DNA of 64,000 nt, taken from positions 1 to 64,000 of the forward strand of contig JALDZS010000139.1 in assembly GCA_022813965.1 (NCBI GenBank), written 5' to 3'. The translations under genes and the position numbers were made by a program. This DNA is from Toensbergia leucococca (Eukaryota). Below are positions 12,646 to 26,500 of the stretch, in pieces. Numbering within the stretch: the first letter of the stretch is position 1; each line of letters begins with the position of its first letter. The notes under the pieces are model-generated. The model was not told where the DNA came from, made no database searches, and saw only the letters and a list, made by a program, of their open reading frames with translations.

Positions 12646-15600
12646 GATGAGGACTGCCTGGTGAAGGAGAAGCGTGAGGAGAGCGACTCGGCAGCAATAA
12701 TGGTGAATTAAAGGCGAGGATTTATGTATTAATATTAGAGATACTCGAGGACGCAGGCGCAGTCGGAGTGCAAGTACAATTGTATGTGCTCCTGGAGAAC
12801 AGAATGAAAAGGCAGACAGAGGCAAACGAATATATAGCTTCTATTGCACCATAACGAGAATCAAGCAGAGTCATTGTTACACATGGATCAAAAACGTAGC
12901 TGCAGGTACAATAAGCGAGTCTCTGCAGGCACAGTTCTGGAATATCCACGAGAGGTTACATGGTGTTACATGGTATTGTTCCCTTTTTCATGAAACGTGT
13001 GAGCATTCTGTTTAGCGGCGGCGGGATCGACCAACTTAGCATCAGTACAGTGAGACGACACAAAACCTGAACGGAAGAGATGTTAGTGCCACTCAACAGC
13101 ACAGCTGATGAATGAGACTTTGAAAGAGTATTCAAGTATGGATTCGCAGAACCAGAGTAGTTTCGTACCACATCAGTCACAAGCATATCATCATGATGGG
13201 TTGAAGATGAAATTGCGATTCTGAGAAGATTGAAGAGTTCGGGTGGGGAAAGGGAAAGGGAAAGAAGAAGAGAAATGTGGAGGGCGGGATGGATCATTAG
13301 TGTATAAAGGGTTAGGGTTAATACAACTACCGAATTGTTCTTATTTTAGTAGCGTCATCCTGTTCGGAGCTTAAAATCGGAATTGGGACCCCAAAGTGCA
13401 TTATCATAACCCAGCACGCCATGCAAACAACCCCACGCCACTGACGCAATTGTCAAGCTATTCTCCTAGTCCATCTTGAGGTACCTTAATGAGCCTGCCA
13501 CGAGACTCTGAAACCACGAGATCTATTCCTAAACCGATTTCTTCGGGTTGTACTGGCTCGAACCCTTTCAGCCCCACCGGCGCCGACTGGCTTGTATCAT
13601 GTCAGACGAGCCAGCCAACTGACTGCGCCGCCCACATCATGTAACCCCCAAAACCCCACCCGTCCATTTACGTCTTGACTGGCCCCCGCTTGGCTGTAGC
13701 TTCCGTTCCCGTCTATGCACTTTTCTCTCTACTGCTGGAGGACTGCAGCCTAGGCCTGACCAGTCTTAACGTCGCAGATCTTGGATAGTAGATCAATTGG
13801 TGACGTGGGAAAACTTTACTATCGTTGACAGGGCCATTGGACGGGCGTGAGACATGGCTACCCATGAAGCATCACTATCGAGATGTGGTGTCTGCAGATG
13901 TAGGTCAACACTGATAGTGGTATAGCGGAGAAGAAGAGACTATAGTTGTCGACAAAAGCTTCCCGGACCGCTAAGTTTGCTTCATGCTTGGTATCACGCG
14001 ATTTGATAACACATAAATCTAGGCTCAAAAGACCGATTGCTGACTGCGAGACCGTTCTCCTGCAAGCACTAAGTCGTACTAGAACCACTCACCTATCCTG
14101 CAGCACTTGGTCTTTGTATCCATCGTCAGACCTACTGAAACGCTGCATGGAAGCCTGAAGGTGTCCTCCTGCCCTTCATAATCCCACCCCGGTTACATGT
14201 CTTCATCATTGGGCTCCATTGATATTCTGTTGAAACAGCTTTCCCGCTCGTGCCATCTCAACCTCAACCCTTTGACATTCAGGCATCTATCGTCCCCGCC
14301 ATTCGATCCTTCCAAATCCGACAACATTGGGGTACTGCAGCCAGATTGAAGATGTCCTCGGCTGAGACTTGCGCTCGAGTCTTTGCCTAGGATCACAGAT
14401 TGAGACGACCCTCTGTGTGGCTTTATTCACCAACGAGATTAGTCTCAAGCTTTAAGAAGGTTGTGACGATGAACTTGTCATCTTTCAATTAATAAGTTGA
14501 GTCGCCGGTTTGAAGCGTCAAGAAATGGTACTAATTTCTCAGCACTTGCCCAACGACCATGTAATTTCTCTCAATGCATCTCTCTATCCCTAGAAATTTC
14601 TTATCTATATCTCTTATGTAGCTTATATCACTCCTCTGCTAGACGCTCTGCAATTCAAACGTAATCGTGTCGGCTCTTCAAGGTAAGGCGCGTGCAATTC
14701 TATGATAAATAGTTTTCTCTCTCTTTTGTGGTGCTTCATCACAAATTTATACTTAGTTTATGGCCTTGGCGGCCTGAAGAAACAAGAGCATCGATTATGT
14801 CGGAGTACTTGTACAGCCTTCGACCGGTCAGCCTAGTCTTCTGATCTATCGAAAGCCTTGTTAATTTAAAGACTGTTCTCATTCTTGAAAAACTTGGCCA
14901 GAGGCGCTTCTGCCAATGAAATTGAATGGGTCACGAGCTTCTCCGGCCAGGATGTATGTTTCTGAAGCTCCTCCAGCGAAGTGTAGCTAGTAAAACTGAA
15001 ACGCAGTGGCTTGCATCATTTACTGATTTCCACAGTCACTCGTTCATACTCGCCATTCATCACGGCCATTCATCTTAACGGTGTTGAGTTTCAGTAGTCA
15101 CAGCAATCTTACAGCTACTCCCTTCTCGTCAACATCTACTTGCGCGTAATGTATACGACTGTGGCCTGGTTTTGTTCAGATCCTGCACGGTCTTCCATCA
15201 CTGCCAGAAAATCCACAACGTTCCATAGGATCTGGCACTCAATGGTCCTGCTACTGGCAGACAATCCTTCTATAATGCACATCCCGATGCTGCCGACTCA
15301 GCTTTCACTCTCGAAAAAAACCACAATGTTTTCAATCAAAAAAAGGAAGATAGGTACCAAGTCTCTTAAACATAGATCAGAATTCTGGTCTCGTAGACAC
15401 TGACGCACAAGCCTAGCATCGGTGATGCAGCCTGGGATACCCAGTTTGACGCGGAACATGAATCATCACTTGATACACTCACACTTTTAGGCTTCGTCAA
15501 CATTCTTCAGAGATAGTTGAAGACATTCCCACGACACCAACCCAATCACCTTTGACAATAATCCTTGGTAAACAATTCATCAATATGAGACTTGCAGCCA

Positions 15601-15839
15601 AAGTCAAAGTTAATTTGAACAGCACATCTCTAAATAAGTCAGTGGCATAAAGCAGCGGAATATATATTTCCACTATAATTTCTCCTTGAGAAATCGAGCA
15701 GCTTGCAATTGTTGATGAGTATCTTTACAATGACCTTCTCGCTTTGAAATTTCAAATTGCATCTGGATCAAGTTGAGGAGGTTGAATTACGTACGTCAGA
15801 CGTACAACTGAGGCTGTAGATGCTGACAAATGATAGCAA

Positions 15840-16142
15840 TTGAACAACATCGCTATGCAGGATGCGGAATGGGGTGAACTCGAGGTATCTTTTGCCTCGC
15901 GAGATGGTCATGTTAGTGAGGACTTTTCAGAATATTTCCTCTCCTTCGGCCTAGGATATCTTCATCACGTTATCACTGCAATGACACATGATGAACGCTA
16001 TCGGATTACAGATTCAGGAATCAACCAGGATCACTTATACTATACGGCCCAAGCTATTAATCCTAGACCAAAGCATCTAGAGAGACCCTACTGGGAAGAG
16101 GAGATCAACTCAGGTCCGGAGCGCCTCTTCAGAAATTTATAG
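15840..16142 (+). pseudogene. Fragment of a fungal hypothetical protein
   Basis: Protein-like stretch 'DAEWGELEV...EYFLSFGLGYLHHVITA' following an intron-like acceptor; flanking sequence does not give an intact gene. Confidence 0.3.
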
Positions 16143-19100
16143 ACTCGCTCAGAGAGTCTTGACTGCTCGGTGAGAGTTTGCTGAAATACTAGTGCCACAC
16201 CTGAAAGGTCATTCAATCGCCTACGGTCATTATCCTATGGAAACCACTGATGACTTTGAGGAAAATGTCACGCTACTAGCAGTGGTCGAAGCTTGAAGTG
16301 TCGAAGCCCTGTCTCTAAGCTTCACCTTCTAATATACCGCACAAGTTCTTATGATAAAGCAGGTCCTGCTCAACCATCTCTGCAATTATTCATACTTACC
16401 ACATTACTACTTGTACATTATTTGATATGGCTCTGTCGACCCCTCGGAGTTCTGCTATTAATCTTTAGCATTCTCTGTCTTAAGCTATTGATATCCTATC
16501 TTTGTCAAGTTTACTGATCTCGATGAATTTTAATATCTAAGTTAATAGTTCTCAAGCCTCTGATGAGAATTCCCCTGCCTTCCGTGCTGCGCACGAGGAA
16601 CTGAAGGATGCCGTCGAATCTTACAAAACGGCAGTCAAGGCATTCACCAACCGCAGCAACTGAAATGGTCTCACCAATAAGTCTGAAAGCGCTGAGCAGA
16701 TTCAGCTACTCATCCTAGATGAGATGAAACGGATTCACCAAACCAATGAGCACCTTGTGAACAGTGTTCAGTTCACCGTAGACACAAGTTCCTTTAAATA
16801 CAACTTTCACTAACTATAGAGTAGGTGGGGCTTGATTCTCTCACCTGCGCTTCTCACCGGTGGTGTTTGTGGAGATGTGCGATTGGGAGGAGTTCGAGGG
16901 TACGTTGGCCGGAAAGTCAAGAAACGCCTTCAGTGTCTCTACAGGGGATCCGAACACCATGGATTTCAGCGAAGTATACCTGAACAGAGAGTAAGTTTCT
17001 TCCACGAGATTTCTCTCTCGTATTCTCTTGAAGGGGAGAGGCAGCTTTGGGTGTTTGGAGTTTCTTAGGCTGACTTGTGGGCACCGTTTTAGCGGTACCA
17101 TAAAGGTCATCACACCCGCCGAGAAAGCCGCCGCCGTAATGACGGCTTGAGTGATGAGGGGCTCACCGGCATCAAAGATGATATGTTCAATTCAAAACTT
17201 CAGTATCATTCTTAATCATCTCTGACTGAGCGCGGTGTGATGTGGTGTACGGTACCTGATGGTGTACCTGTGCCTGCGTGGCGAGAATGTTGGAGACGTG
17301 GTGAAGATTCAGGATTGGAGTGGAGTGGGCCCAGTTACCCGTAAGGGAACATTGGTCAACTGTGTTTAAAGGAGAGCATCGCTAAGTAGATATCCTTGGT
17401 TAATGTTCCCTCACTCCCCCAGCCAGCTCTTGGTAGCCATGCCATGCCGCTCCTTATACTTTGAGGTCACGCCAATCTTCTACGATTAGTACACCCTCCT
17501 GGAGGTTGAAGTTGGGCTCTAAACAAAACACTACAAGACACTTTCAATGCTCACTCGGGCCTATGTGCAAAACCTCACACCCTTACGCGATTGCTACTAC
17601 ATTGTTCATCATAAGTTGAAAAAATAGTTCAGACAAGACGAGGATGCTTATGGAAGAGCAGGAGGCAGATTTGAGAGCAATCAAGAAGAGAATCCATGAG
17701 ATCGACGATACTCAAAAATTAGTTTTGTTAGTGGTTGTTACTGCCATCAACTGGTATCAGGTCATGAAAGCCAATTTGAAGTAAACTCCCTTGTAGGGTG
17801 AAGAGAGCGCTCTGGCGCATCGAGCTCTACGGAAGGAGATATCAATGACTCGGTCTAAGCATTCCCTAGCACTACCTAGCACATTGAATTCCCGTTGTCA
17901 ATTCATCAGAACTCGTATGCTGATTTTTTTGACAGAGCAATAATCACGAGTCAAAAGTATGTTGTCATGTCAACCTGGATTATAAGTGATAATCTTCATT
18001 GTATATCACTCTACCAAAGTGCCGTCCCTCGGTCTTGACGTCAAACACGAAGATCGAAATGATATCGGCACTTCATTTAACTGTAGGGAACCATTGGTCA
18101 CCGTGGATTCGTCCCATATGACTTATATGGCCCGGAGGTATGATGCTATTGTGCAGCGAGACATAGCCCGAAAAGCGTACCCTGAATGAACCTACAACTT
18201 ACCTAAAGACTCGTTACTGAGCCCAGTGAGTCTGGTTTTGGTTTTCAGAAAGATCATTCAAAATTCACCCTTCAGTGAAGAGACCCCCCACGCCGGCCCC
18301 AACAACGCCCGCCCAATGCCCCCCCCTATCATTGCCGCTGTCCCAGACGCAAACGAAGGATATTGGCCTGCGTTGAGAGCGGGTACAGGTCTCCAAGCCG
18401 CCGAATTTCAACACCGAAATGTACGAACAAATCCTGAATGAATTACGGGGGAGTATTATCAAAAGAACACCACGATTGGTGACTTTGAGCTTTACTGCTA
18501 GGAGAGCGGGAAAACCAAAATATCATGACTGTATGCCGCGGTAGTATGAAAGAAAATTCTTGTCCTTGGCCTCCTGTTCTCTCCGAATACGATACCACAT
18601 CAGTTCTCGGGCATGACCAAATCGTCGAAAACGATTGCAGAGCAGAAGACCTCCTGCTCGCTGTAGGAGGACGATATCGAAAGAACGCCGCCGATGAGCT
18701 AATCGCTCTAGAAAGCCCCGTCTTAGACTTGACCCTCAATAGATACATTAATGTTTTGAGGGACCGAGACCTTAGCATACGAAAGCTACGTTAAACAGCA
18801 GATCCAGCCCGCAGGCTGAAGGGGGCAACGAACCTAGCCCGAGCTAAAGCTCAACAATCGAAGGCAGAGGAACAGCGGGTAACCCAATGACGAGAAAAGC
18901 GGGAACTTGAGTTACCGAGAAACCAGCATGATCAGTCAGGAAATGCCGTAATGATCATTCAGGCTATCATGACTGAGACTTTTGCACTCCCTATAAGGCA
19001 AAAACTTATCAGGATTTCTTCAAAGGCCTGTTCTTTCTTTCACAGGTATTTTTCCTGATTGTGATAGTCTTCATGAAGGTACTGACCTTTTCAGGTGAAT

Positions 19101-20232
19101 GCGGTGATAAACACCATATGTTTCTTGCTACTTGAATCCTACTCATTTCAATCGCTCTGTGAACTAATGTCTTCCCTTCAACCCTGGAATAAAACAACTT
19201 CACCTTTGCACAAAGTATAAGAAGAGCTTTTCTCAAGTATAAACTGATAGAAATAGATGTTGTTGATCTGAAGACGTCCGGTATGGATGGAAAGGCTTCT
19301 CTAATATAACAATACAGTTCTGACTATTGTTGCTATACTTCTATTTCTTTAGTCTCAGATACCACTAGTAAGAGCTTCTGAGGCCTGCTTAGAATTAACT
19401 TTCGACTATACCGAGACAAGACATACCATCAAATGGTACTCTCATCGAAAAAAGGAAACGCACTTCATGGCCAGCAACTATATTCAGGAATGCGACTGAA
19501 AGCCTCTGGGACAGCAGCTCTGGCGTGCTATCAAATACCTGACATATGTGCTTGGCAAAGAAGAGTACGAACATGCTCAAGGCGCTCAATACAGTCAAGC
19601 ACAGGTGCTTCGCAGAAGTGGGCCCTTCCCTGCTGTCCGAAGAATCCCTGCCGCTCATCTCAAGGCATTCCTCGGGCAACTCCTCCCTATCGCCTCTCTT
19701 TAAAAGCTATATACTGGACGAGCCATGATATTTTGAGGCTCCCATATCTACTGCGGAAACGATTTGCTAACTAATGATCACTGTGTGTGATCTCTTTCAC
19801 ATTCATCATGAGCATACTAACACTTGAGTCCCTATAACCCTATTCACATCAAACATGTCACTAAACACAGAAGATGACTGACACACTCAAGAAATTGAAT
19901 GAGATCAGTCAGTCAGAGCCACCAGGAATCAAGAAGAGTGAAAGTATATTTTCAAGTCTAACAATATCAATTACATCCTCAATGTGCTTAATGTTAATTT
20001 CTCTACAAGCAGGGGAAAATCAAACAGTAAACACAGTTCATCACATCACAACATTGAGCCGTCTCAAAGAACAACAATGATGATAATAAAAATATTGAGA
20101 GAAAGTACCACCACAGTCTCTATATACAGAGATAATCAAACATTCCGCAAAAGTTCAAATGCCAGCTCCAACGCTTCGACTGCATGAGTGAGAAAGGAGA
20201 ACTTTCTAGAGGTCGAAGCTGAGAGATCACCA

Positions 20233-20600
20233 GACCACGAGCCCTTAGTTTCATCTCTCTCATCCCGAATGTATGACGGGATCTACGCAAACTGGGCTAC
20301 GAGGTTGCGAGAGCTGCACCTCAAGATTGTTGATGTCCCAGGACCAAGGAAACCAGGTCGCTGATGGTTTGTCATGAACTTTATTCAACGACCCAGACTA
20401 CGAGGAAGACCCCGATGTTGCCCTTGCTTCTCAGCACTTGACAGAGGATCCTCAATGGGTATGGAAGGACGACAAGGATGGGTTCGATGCCTTGCTGAAG
20501 GGCCTCAAAGAATCAGGTCGATCGGAAGTCATCCAGGAGGGAACAGTAAATGGGAGGACTGTCTTCCATACATCCTGCTTCAGCCTCACTGCCACCGATA
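20233..20600 (+). mobile_element. Fragment of Gypsy pol (RNase H C-terminus and linker), frameshifted
   Basis: 'DHEPLVSSLSSRMYDGIYANWATRLRELHLKIVDVPGPR' then, after a frameshift, 'NQVADGLS*TLFNDPDY...WVWKDDKDGFDALL'. Confidence 0.75.
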
Positions 20601-23070
20601 AGGCCTCATGGGCAGAATGTGATCGACAGACCCTGTGACGGGTATACAAATGCTTCTGCAGGCAAAGCTAGGTACCACACCAGCGACGCTACAACCACAA
20701 AACACAATCCGAAGAAAACTAAAAGAGGCATTGCAGACACCAGAGACAAAGCCTTTCAAAACCGCTTCCAGAATACTAGCACCCGCGTGTCGGAGCAGAG
20801 CCCCTAAACCGCCCCTTAGTAAATGAAACAGAGCAGGCGCAATCAATGACGCCTATCACAGCATCAATCGAGGATATATGACCCTCCGCTGGGCACCAGC
20901 CTCCATACAGAACTAAGGAGACACAGAAGCTCATAAACTGATTCACTCTCAAAGAAGGATTGCTCAGCTCGCGGTTTTAGTCTCAGTATCAAACCACTGA
21001 GATCTCCGGGGAGACAAGAAAGGCGTTCTGGGCGCGTCAAAAGAAGTTCAATGCCGCATCTGCAAAGAATTTCATCATATGAGATAGCACATAGAGCCCT
21101 AAGCCAGAAACCAAAGTCTCCGTTTCAAGCGCTTAGTCCAGCGTTCCGTGACTCTGACCAGCCTTCCCCCATACCCAGTATGAGGATCATACGAAAATCT
21201 ACTTGATGCGATGGAAACATGAAAGCCATATCCATGCACCAATTAATAAAAGCTGTTGCATAGCTGACAAGCATAAAAAGCATCAGCAATCAAAGAGAGA
21301 GTGAACATGGGGCAAGAAAAGAGTGAACTTGAAAAGTAAAGAAAGAGAGAGACAGATGCGAGTAGCAAGCCCCCAGCGATGAAAAAGCGCCGCAGAAAAA
21401 AAAGGAGGGCTAGATATAAATTTAAGAGACTAGCAAACAGGCACGAGTTGTGAGGTGAGCCAAATGTGATTAAAGGAAAGGGAGTAACGCAGGTGAGATG
21501 GGAAGGGCGCATGAACAGGGGCTCGAGACGGATATCATTGGCCGGATCAACAACGCGTTTGGGCAATGAGTTTGCGAGATTCCACTCAAGATCGCTGGGG
21601 AGATTAATTTATCTGGAGGGATGTGAGGGCCGGGGGAAGAATGGGGGAAGAGGCTGAGGGCGAGGTGGAACTGAGGAGGGGAGGAGAGTTTGGAATGGGG
21701 GGATGATGGGCGCTGAGAATTGGTGATTTGACATGGTGAAGGAAGAGCTGGAGATGACATTTGAGAGAAAGGAGATGAAAATCTGAGAAGCTAGGGAGGG
21801 GGGTTGGGGCTTCGGACTGTGCATGTTCTCGGTATGCACAGCTTACGGTCAGGGGGGGCTTGATCTACCGATAATCATTTCCAGGGGCATGGAATTTTTT
21901 TCATTCTCGTCTGACTGTCAATTGCAGATGCTAATCTTCCTCCCCTTATTGAGTGTATATTTTGACCCTTCTTCGCCAACTTTATATGTATAGCATTGAA
22001 CACCCCAACAGAAGGGAAAGCACAAACTCCGCCGGAAAGAGTCAACCCGTCAAACAAAGCACCGTTGAGTCCAAAAGAACGATCGCAAATACATCACCAA
22101 GAAAAGACTACCAAACAGCAGTGCTGAGAAAAGGGCAAAGGAGCAGATAAGGGGGTAAGGGACTCAAGAACAGAGATCCGCCAATAGGCATGAACAGAAA
22201 ATCAGAATAAATCATTCTGATGAAAAAAGAGTGGTACGTGTGAAACGAACAGCAACTAAGCAGGGAAGAAGCATGGATTCTTCTTTAGAACGCTTGAAGG
22301 CCTTTTGGCGAAGAAATGACTAGGGACGGAGTGAAGGAAGAAGAAGGGCCTTGTTCAGACGAGGGGGATGAGGCCAGTGATGGAACAAACGGGAGGAAAG
22401 AAGGCTGGCGAACGCACGTGTTTGCAACTTCTGAGACCGAGTGAGGCTTTTCTGATTTCGGGGGGAGGGGGGCTTCTACACTGTGCATCTGTCCTCCAAT
22501 CACAGCTGTAGCCCAGGGGCCAATTTTAATGGGGAACCAGAGCAGCGAGTTGAAAGGGAGGAGAGAACACAAGTTCGCACAGAAATGGCCTTTGATCCGC
22601 CCGCCCGAGCAGATTTTGCCCGTAAATCGCCACAAAGGAAAAACGGTGCCGTTCACGCTGCTCAGCTCACCCAGCGTTCGGTCCCCTTGACGTATATCAG
22701 CAGCTCTGTTAGCAGCTCCGAGGTAGATGTTGACGGCGGTAGAAGCAGTGAGGACTGATGAGCAAGAGCTGAGGCTTTGACGTTCATATTGAAAGAGATA
22801 CATTACTCAGTATGGCGGAATAATCAAACGCAGAATCGGAAGCTCGGGAGCTGCGAGTAAGTAGAAAACCCTGGTAGGTAAAAGGTCCTTTGAAAGCGTC
22901 ATGTTGATAGGCGTAAAAGCAGCAACGAACTCTTAGGTTCAGTGGACTCTCCTAATACCAATTACCATGTCGCACACAGTACTTCTATTTTTGTGTAGAC
23001 ATTAATCGAGGAGATTTGCCACCCTTTCCAGAACATCCTTACCAAAGCATGCGAATCAACGCCTGACCCC

Positions 23071-23697
23071 TCAATACTCCCCCATGATCCCTCCTACAAG
23101 CCCCAGCGTCTCCCCAACAACCCTCTCCCTACTCCCGGCTACATCCACAACGACGGTATCCCTCTCCACTTCCCTCCCACTAGGCCTCTCTAGCGCCTCC
23201 AATTGCGCCCTCACCATCCCTCCCTTCATATAGTGGCCCTGCCTAGCTCCAACCCTCTTTTCCAGCACTGAAACATCAGCATGCAAGTAAATGAAATGGA
23301 CAAGCACATGTGGGTTTTCGAGAGCGGCGACGCGTAGGACGTCTCGGTACTTTTCTTTGAGAGCGGAGCAGGAGAGAACTATGCTGTGAAAGGAGGATGG
23401 TGGACAAAGTTGCTGGAGGGCGGTACGGCGAAGGAGGATGAGCCAGTCCCAGCGGTCGTGGTCTGTGAGGGAGATGCCGTTGGACATTTTTTGGATGTTG
23501 GAAGGGGGATGGTACTGATTAGGGATAGGTTAGTAAGCTGGTTGGAAACAGGTCTAGATTTGTAAGAGATGCGTAGAAACCTCGTCGCCGTCGAGGCATG
23601 GAACCTGAAGGCTGCTAGCTATGACCTCTGCCACAGTGCTTTTACCGCAGCCGGCAGGGCCCATTACCACAAACATATGTCGATATTGAGAAGCCAT
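23071..23697 (-). CDS. gntK: Gluconokinase (GntK/IdnK type), 186 aa; exons 23697-23581, 23514-23071
   Basis: P-loop 'MGPAGCGKSTVA', 'DGDE|YHPPSNIQKMSNGISLTDHDRWDWL', 'CSALKEKYRD', 'RQGHYMKGGMVRAQLEALERP'; canonical GT-AG intron 23515-23580. Confidence 0.95.
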
Positions 23698-25280
23698 TGC
23701 TTATTGGTGAAGCTGAAGAGCTGGCCCGAGACAGAGAGATCATCAAGCCAGGGATGAGGAAAGATTTAATTGCTCCAGTGTTGCAAGGCCTTTGGCGGAC
23801 ATTGATGCAAGACATCATTGGAGACAGCTTCACGAGTGTCAAAGCCGAGAGCAATTGTAACACGAGCCGGAAGTCAACGCGTGGACCTGAGGTTGGCTGT
23901 AACGATATTGCCGAAAGGAGTGGGTCCCAACGGAGGAATTTTCCATTTTCGGACGCTGCGGACACTGCTCCGGCCACTCTTCGTCCTCTGTAAGCCTGGG
24001 AACCCCACGCTGGAGAAGAAGAATACTAGGTTACCCGATGGCTATCCGTTGTCTAGATCAGATTGTGGCGGTTGCTAAGAAAGAGACTGTTCGCTTTGAC
24101 GCCATGTAGGTGGAACCCTTGCAAGTAGTTTTGCCACGATTGGACCTCTTAGAAGACATGGAGAAACGAAGGGAGAAACGGTACTGTGGTAGGTGTTGCA
24201 TCAAAGTATTGAGTTGCAAGTGCGAATTGCGTTACTATCATGGAAGGATGAGACAGTTTCAGCAAATGAAACGAGGACGAAATGCGACTTCTTGCCTTAT
24301 TGGGCCATCCTGCCACCGTACGAGTACGGAGTAGAGATTTGCCCTACTAACCACCTAGGTAGCTTCCGACCTCCGTAGCTAGCTCGATGCTAGAATAGCA
24401 CGTGAATAGGTACCTCGGTACCTTACCTGAAATTGACTTTGATCATCTCCATATTCTCCTATTCCATCGTTAAAGTCGACGAGTATGCAGCACCAATGAT
24501 ACTCCGCTCCGGCTAATGTGGGAACACTCAACCTACTCCTGTTCTTGATGTATTGAATTAATCGCCAACTGGTGCGCGTATTTGCATGATAACTCGTGGG
24601 TCACCATACAACATATGACTCAACTCTGACTCGCGTCTGCTACGACCTCCTACAGACTGCGTATGTGCTCTATGCTATCGAAGGGAGTTAAAGTCCCTAT
24701 ATTGAAACATATTCTTCTTTGATTCCTCTAATTTGGCTCATCTAATTTGGCATTCCTTATCCACCTGCAAATTTCCATCTTTCATTCTTTTAAAATGGTC
24801 CATCAGATCTCAAATCCTTTGGAGAAATTGAATGCTCTTCGCATGTTTGAGGGAGAAAAGACTCAGACTGCGTTTTTTGCATCAAGCTGAATATATACAA
24901 GATCTCCCTTTAACCACTATTTCTCAATACTCATGTCATTCTCAATTAATCTCATTCTTCTTGGACCAAAAGTTGTATCCTCTCAGGAATTGTGACGTAT
25001 CGAGCCTTCTCCACAGAGCTCTTCTTTCAATCTTAAACGCAAAAACTGTACCTTCAATGAGATGGCAATTCTGCCATTGGAATGGTGATTAAGTCGGGGG
25101 GGCGGGTTCAAGAAAGAAGCAGGACTTGGCCCGAGCGTTCTTTCGCCGCAAATTGCCTTCTTCGGACGCTAAATTAAATGACACAAAAGTTCCTCAACTC
25201 GCCTCGATTCGTCAACAATCTACGGCTCTACACTCGTTGTTGTGGAGAGCATCAAGTTCTTTCTATGCACTCATTAAGAT

Positions 25281-26171
25281 TCATCTGCCCATCCAACCGC
25301 CATCTATAGTCAATATATGACCCGATACATATGAACTTGCTGAACTAGCCAGATAAATCACTGCACCCTTGAAATCCTCCGGCTTTCCCCATCTTCCTGC
25401 GGGTATCCTCGCGGAAATACTCGCAGCGCGGTCTTTGTCCTCGATTAATGCCGTGTTCATTTCGGTAGCAATATAGCCCGGCGCGATGGCATTGACATTG
25501 ATGCCCTTTGCTGCCCACTCATTCGACAATGCTTTAGTGAGCTGAGCTACTGCTCCCTTGGAAGCACTATACGCCGGCACAGTGATGCCACCTTGGAAGG
25601 AGAGCAGAGAGGCGAAGCTGATTATACTGCCTCTTCGTCCTGATTCACGAGGTTCTTGAGCAAGCATATGAGCTCCGACGTCGCGACACAAGGTGAAAAC
25701 GGAGGTAAGGTTCACTTGCAGCACCTGATAGCTATTCAGCAATTTTTGGATAGGGTTGATTTGCGGACAATCACCTCATTCCAGTCGTTGTCAGGAAATT
25801 GATGGCTTGGGTGTCTTCGCTGTATCCCCGCACAGTTGACTAGAATGTCTATTCGGTGGCCATCTCGTAAGACCGTGGGAACGAGAGCTAGAACAGAAGT
25901 CTGTGAGGAGAGGTCGGCGGGATATATGGTTGCTCTCCTGCCTAAAGCTTCAATGGCTTCTTGCGTGGCTGTTTGGGAATGGTCTCTCTGATATTTAAAA
26001 AGATTAGCTTCTCGAGCAATTCGAAAATGGCAGAAAATCTACCTGTACAAGGAGAACATCTGCTCCAGCTTCTGCGAGTGCTATTGCTACCGCTTGACCA
26101 ATGCCTCGTGTACCACCCGTCACTAAGGCATTTTGTCCCTTAAGAGAGAACATGTGAGATATCGCATCCAT
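25281..26171 (-). CDS. Short-chain dehydrogenase, KduD/IdnO-like (candidate 5-keto-D-gluconate reductase), 261 aa; exons 26171-26043, 25987-25775, 25724-25281
   Basis: 'VTGGTRGIG', 'VNCAGIQRR', '[20 protein letters not shown]' (YxxxK), '[13 protein letters not shown]', '[15 protein letters not shown]', 'IDGGWMGR'; two GT-AG introns keep frame. Substrate is inferred from family and context. Confidence 0.92.
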
Positions 26172-26500
26172 TGCACCTGGGTAGACTGAGAGCAACTGTT
26201 GTGCTTTGAATTGAATAAAATGAATAAGAGACTCGCTCAAAACCCAGTATGATAAGTCACTGAGAAAATAAATCAGTGGCGAAGAAATGGTGAGAAGGCA
26301 AGTAGACTTACCCTGCATTTTACCTCATCTGGCGAAAACATGAACCACGAAATCAGTATGCTGTGGCCGGATCCACTTAGCGCTGTCGAATGTCTAGACT
26401 CTTTTCTAAGTCCATACCCTTTGAGACTTCTATCATTGCTGGACTGTGACAGAGATTCTCTACTGCCCTCAACGCCATCTCCACAAATTACATTCTCAAC
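26172..26500. promoter_or_regulatory. Short bidirectional promoter region between the SDR and the Zn-dependent dehydrogenase
   Basis: 329 bp between divergent start codons at 26171 (-) and 26501 (+). Confidence 0.65.

Noticed and set aside
13309..13320. GGGTTAGGGTTA telomere-like sequence (also TTAGGG twice near 35892-35908)
   Set aside because: Only two units; expected by chance and not an array.
16500..19800. Possible transposase or zinc-cluster remnants among short ORFs
   Set aside because: Only vague resemblance; no catalytic motif or terminal repeats could be confirmed by eye.
22285..22803. 172-aa minus-strand ORF next to the gluconokinase, considered as an extra cluster gene
   Set aside because: No recognisable motif; overlapping ORFs on both strands are equally uninformative.
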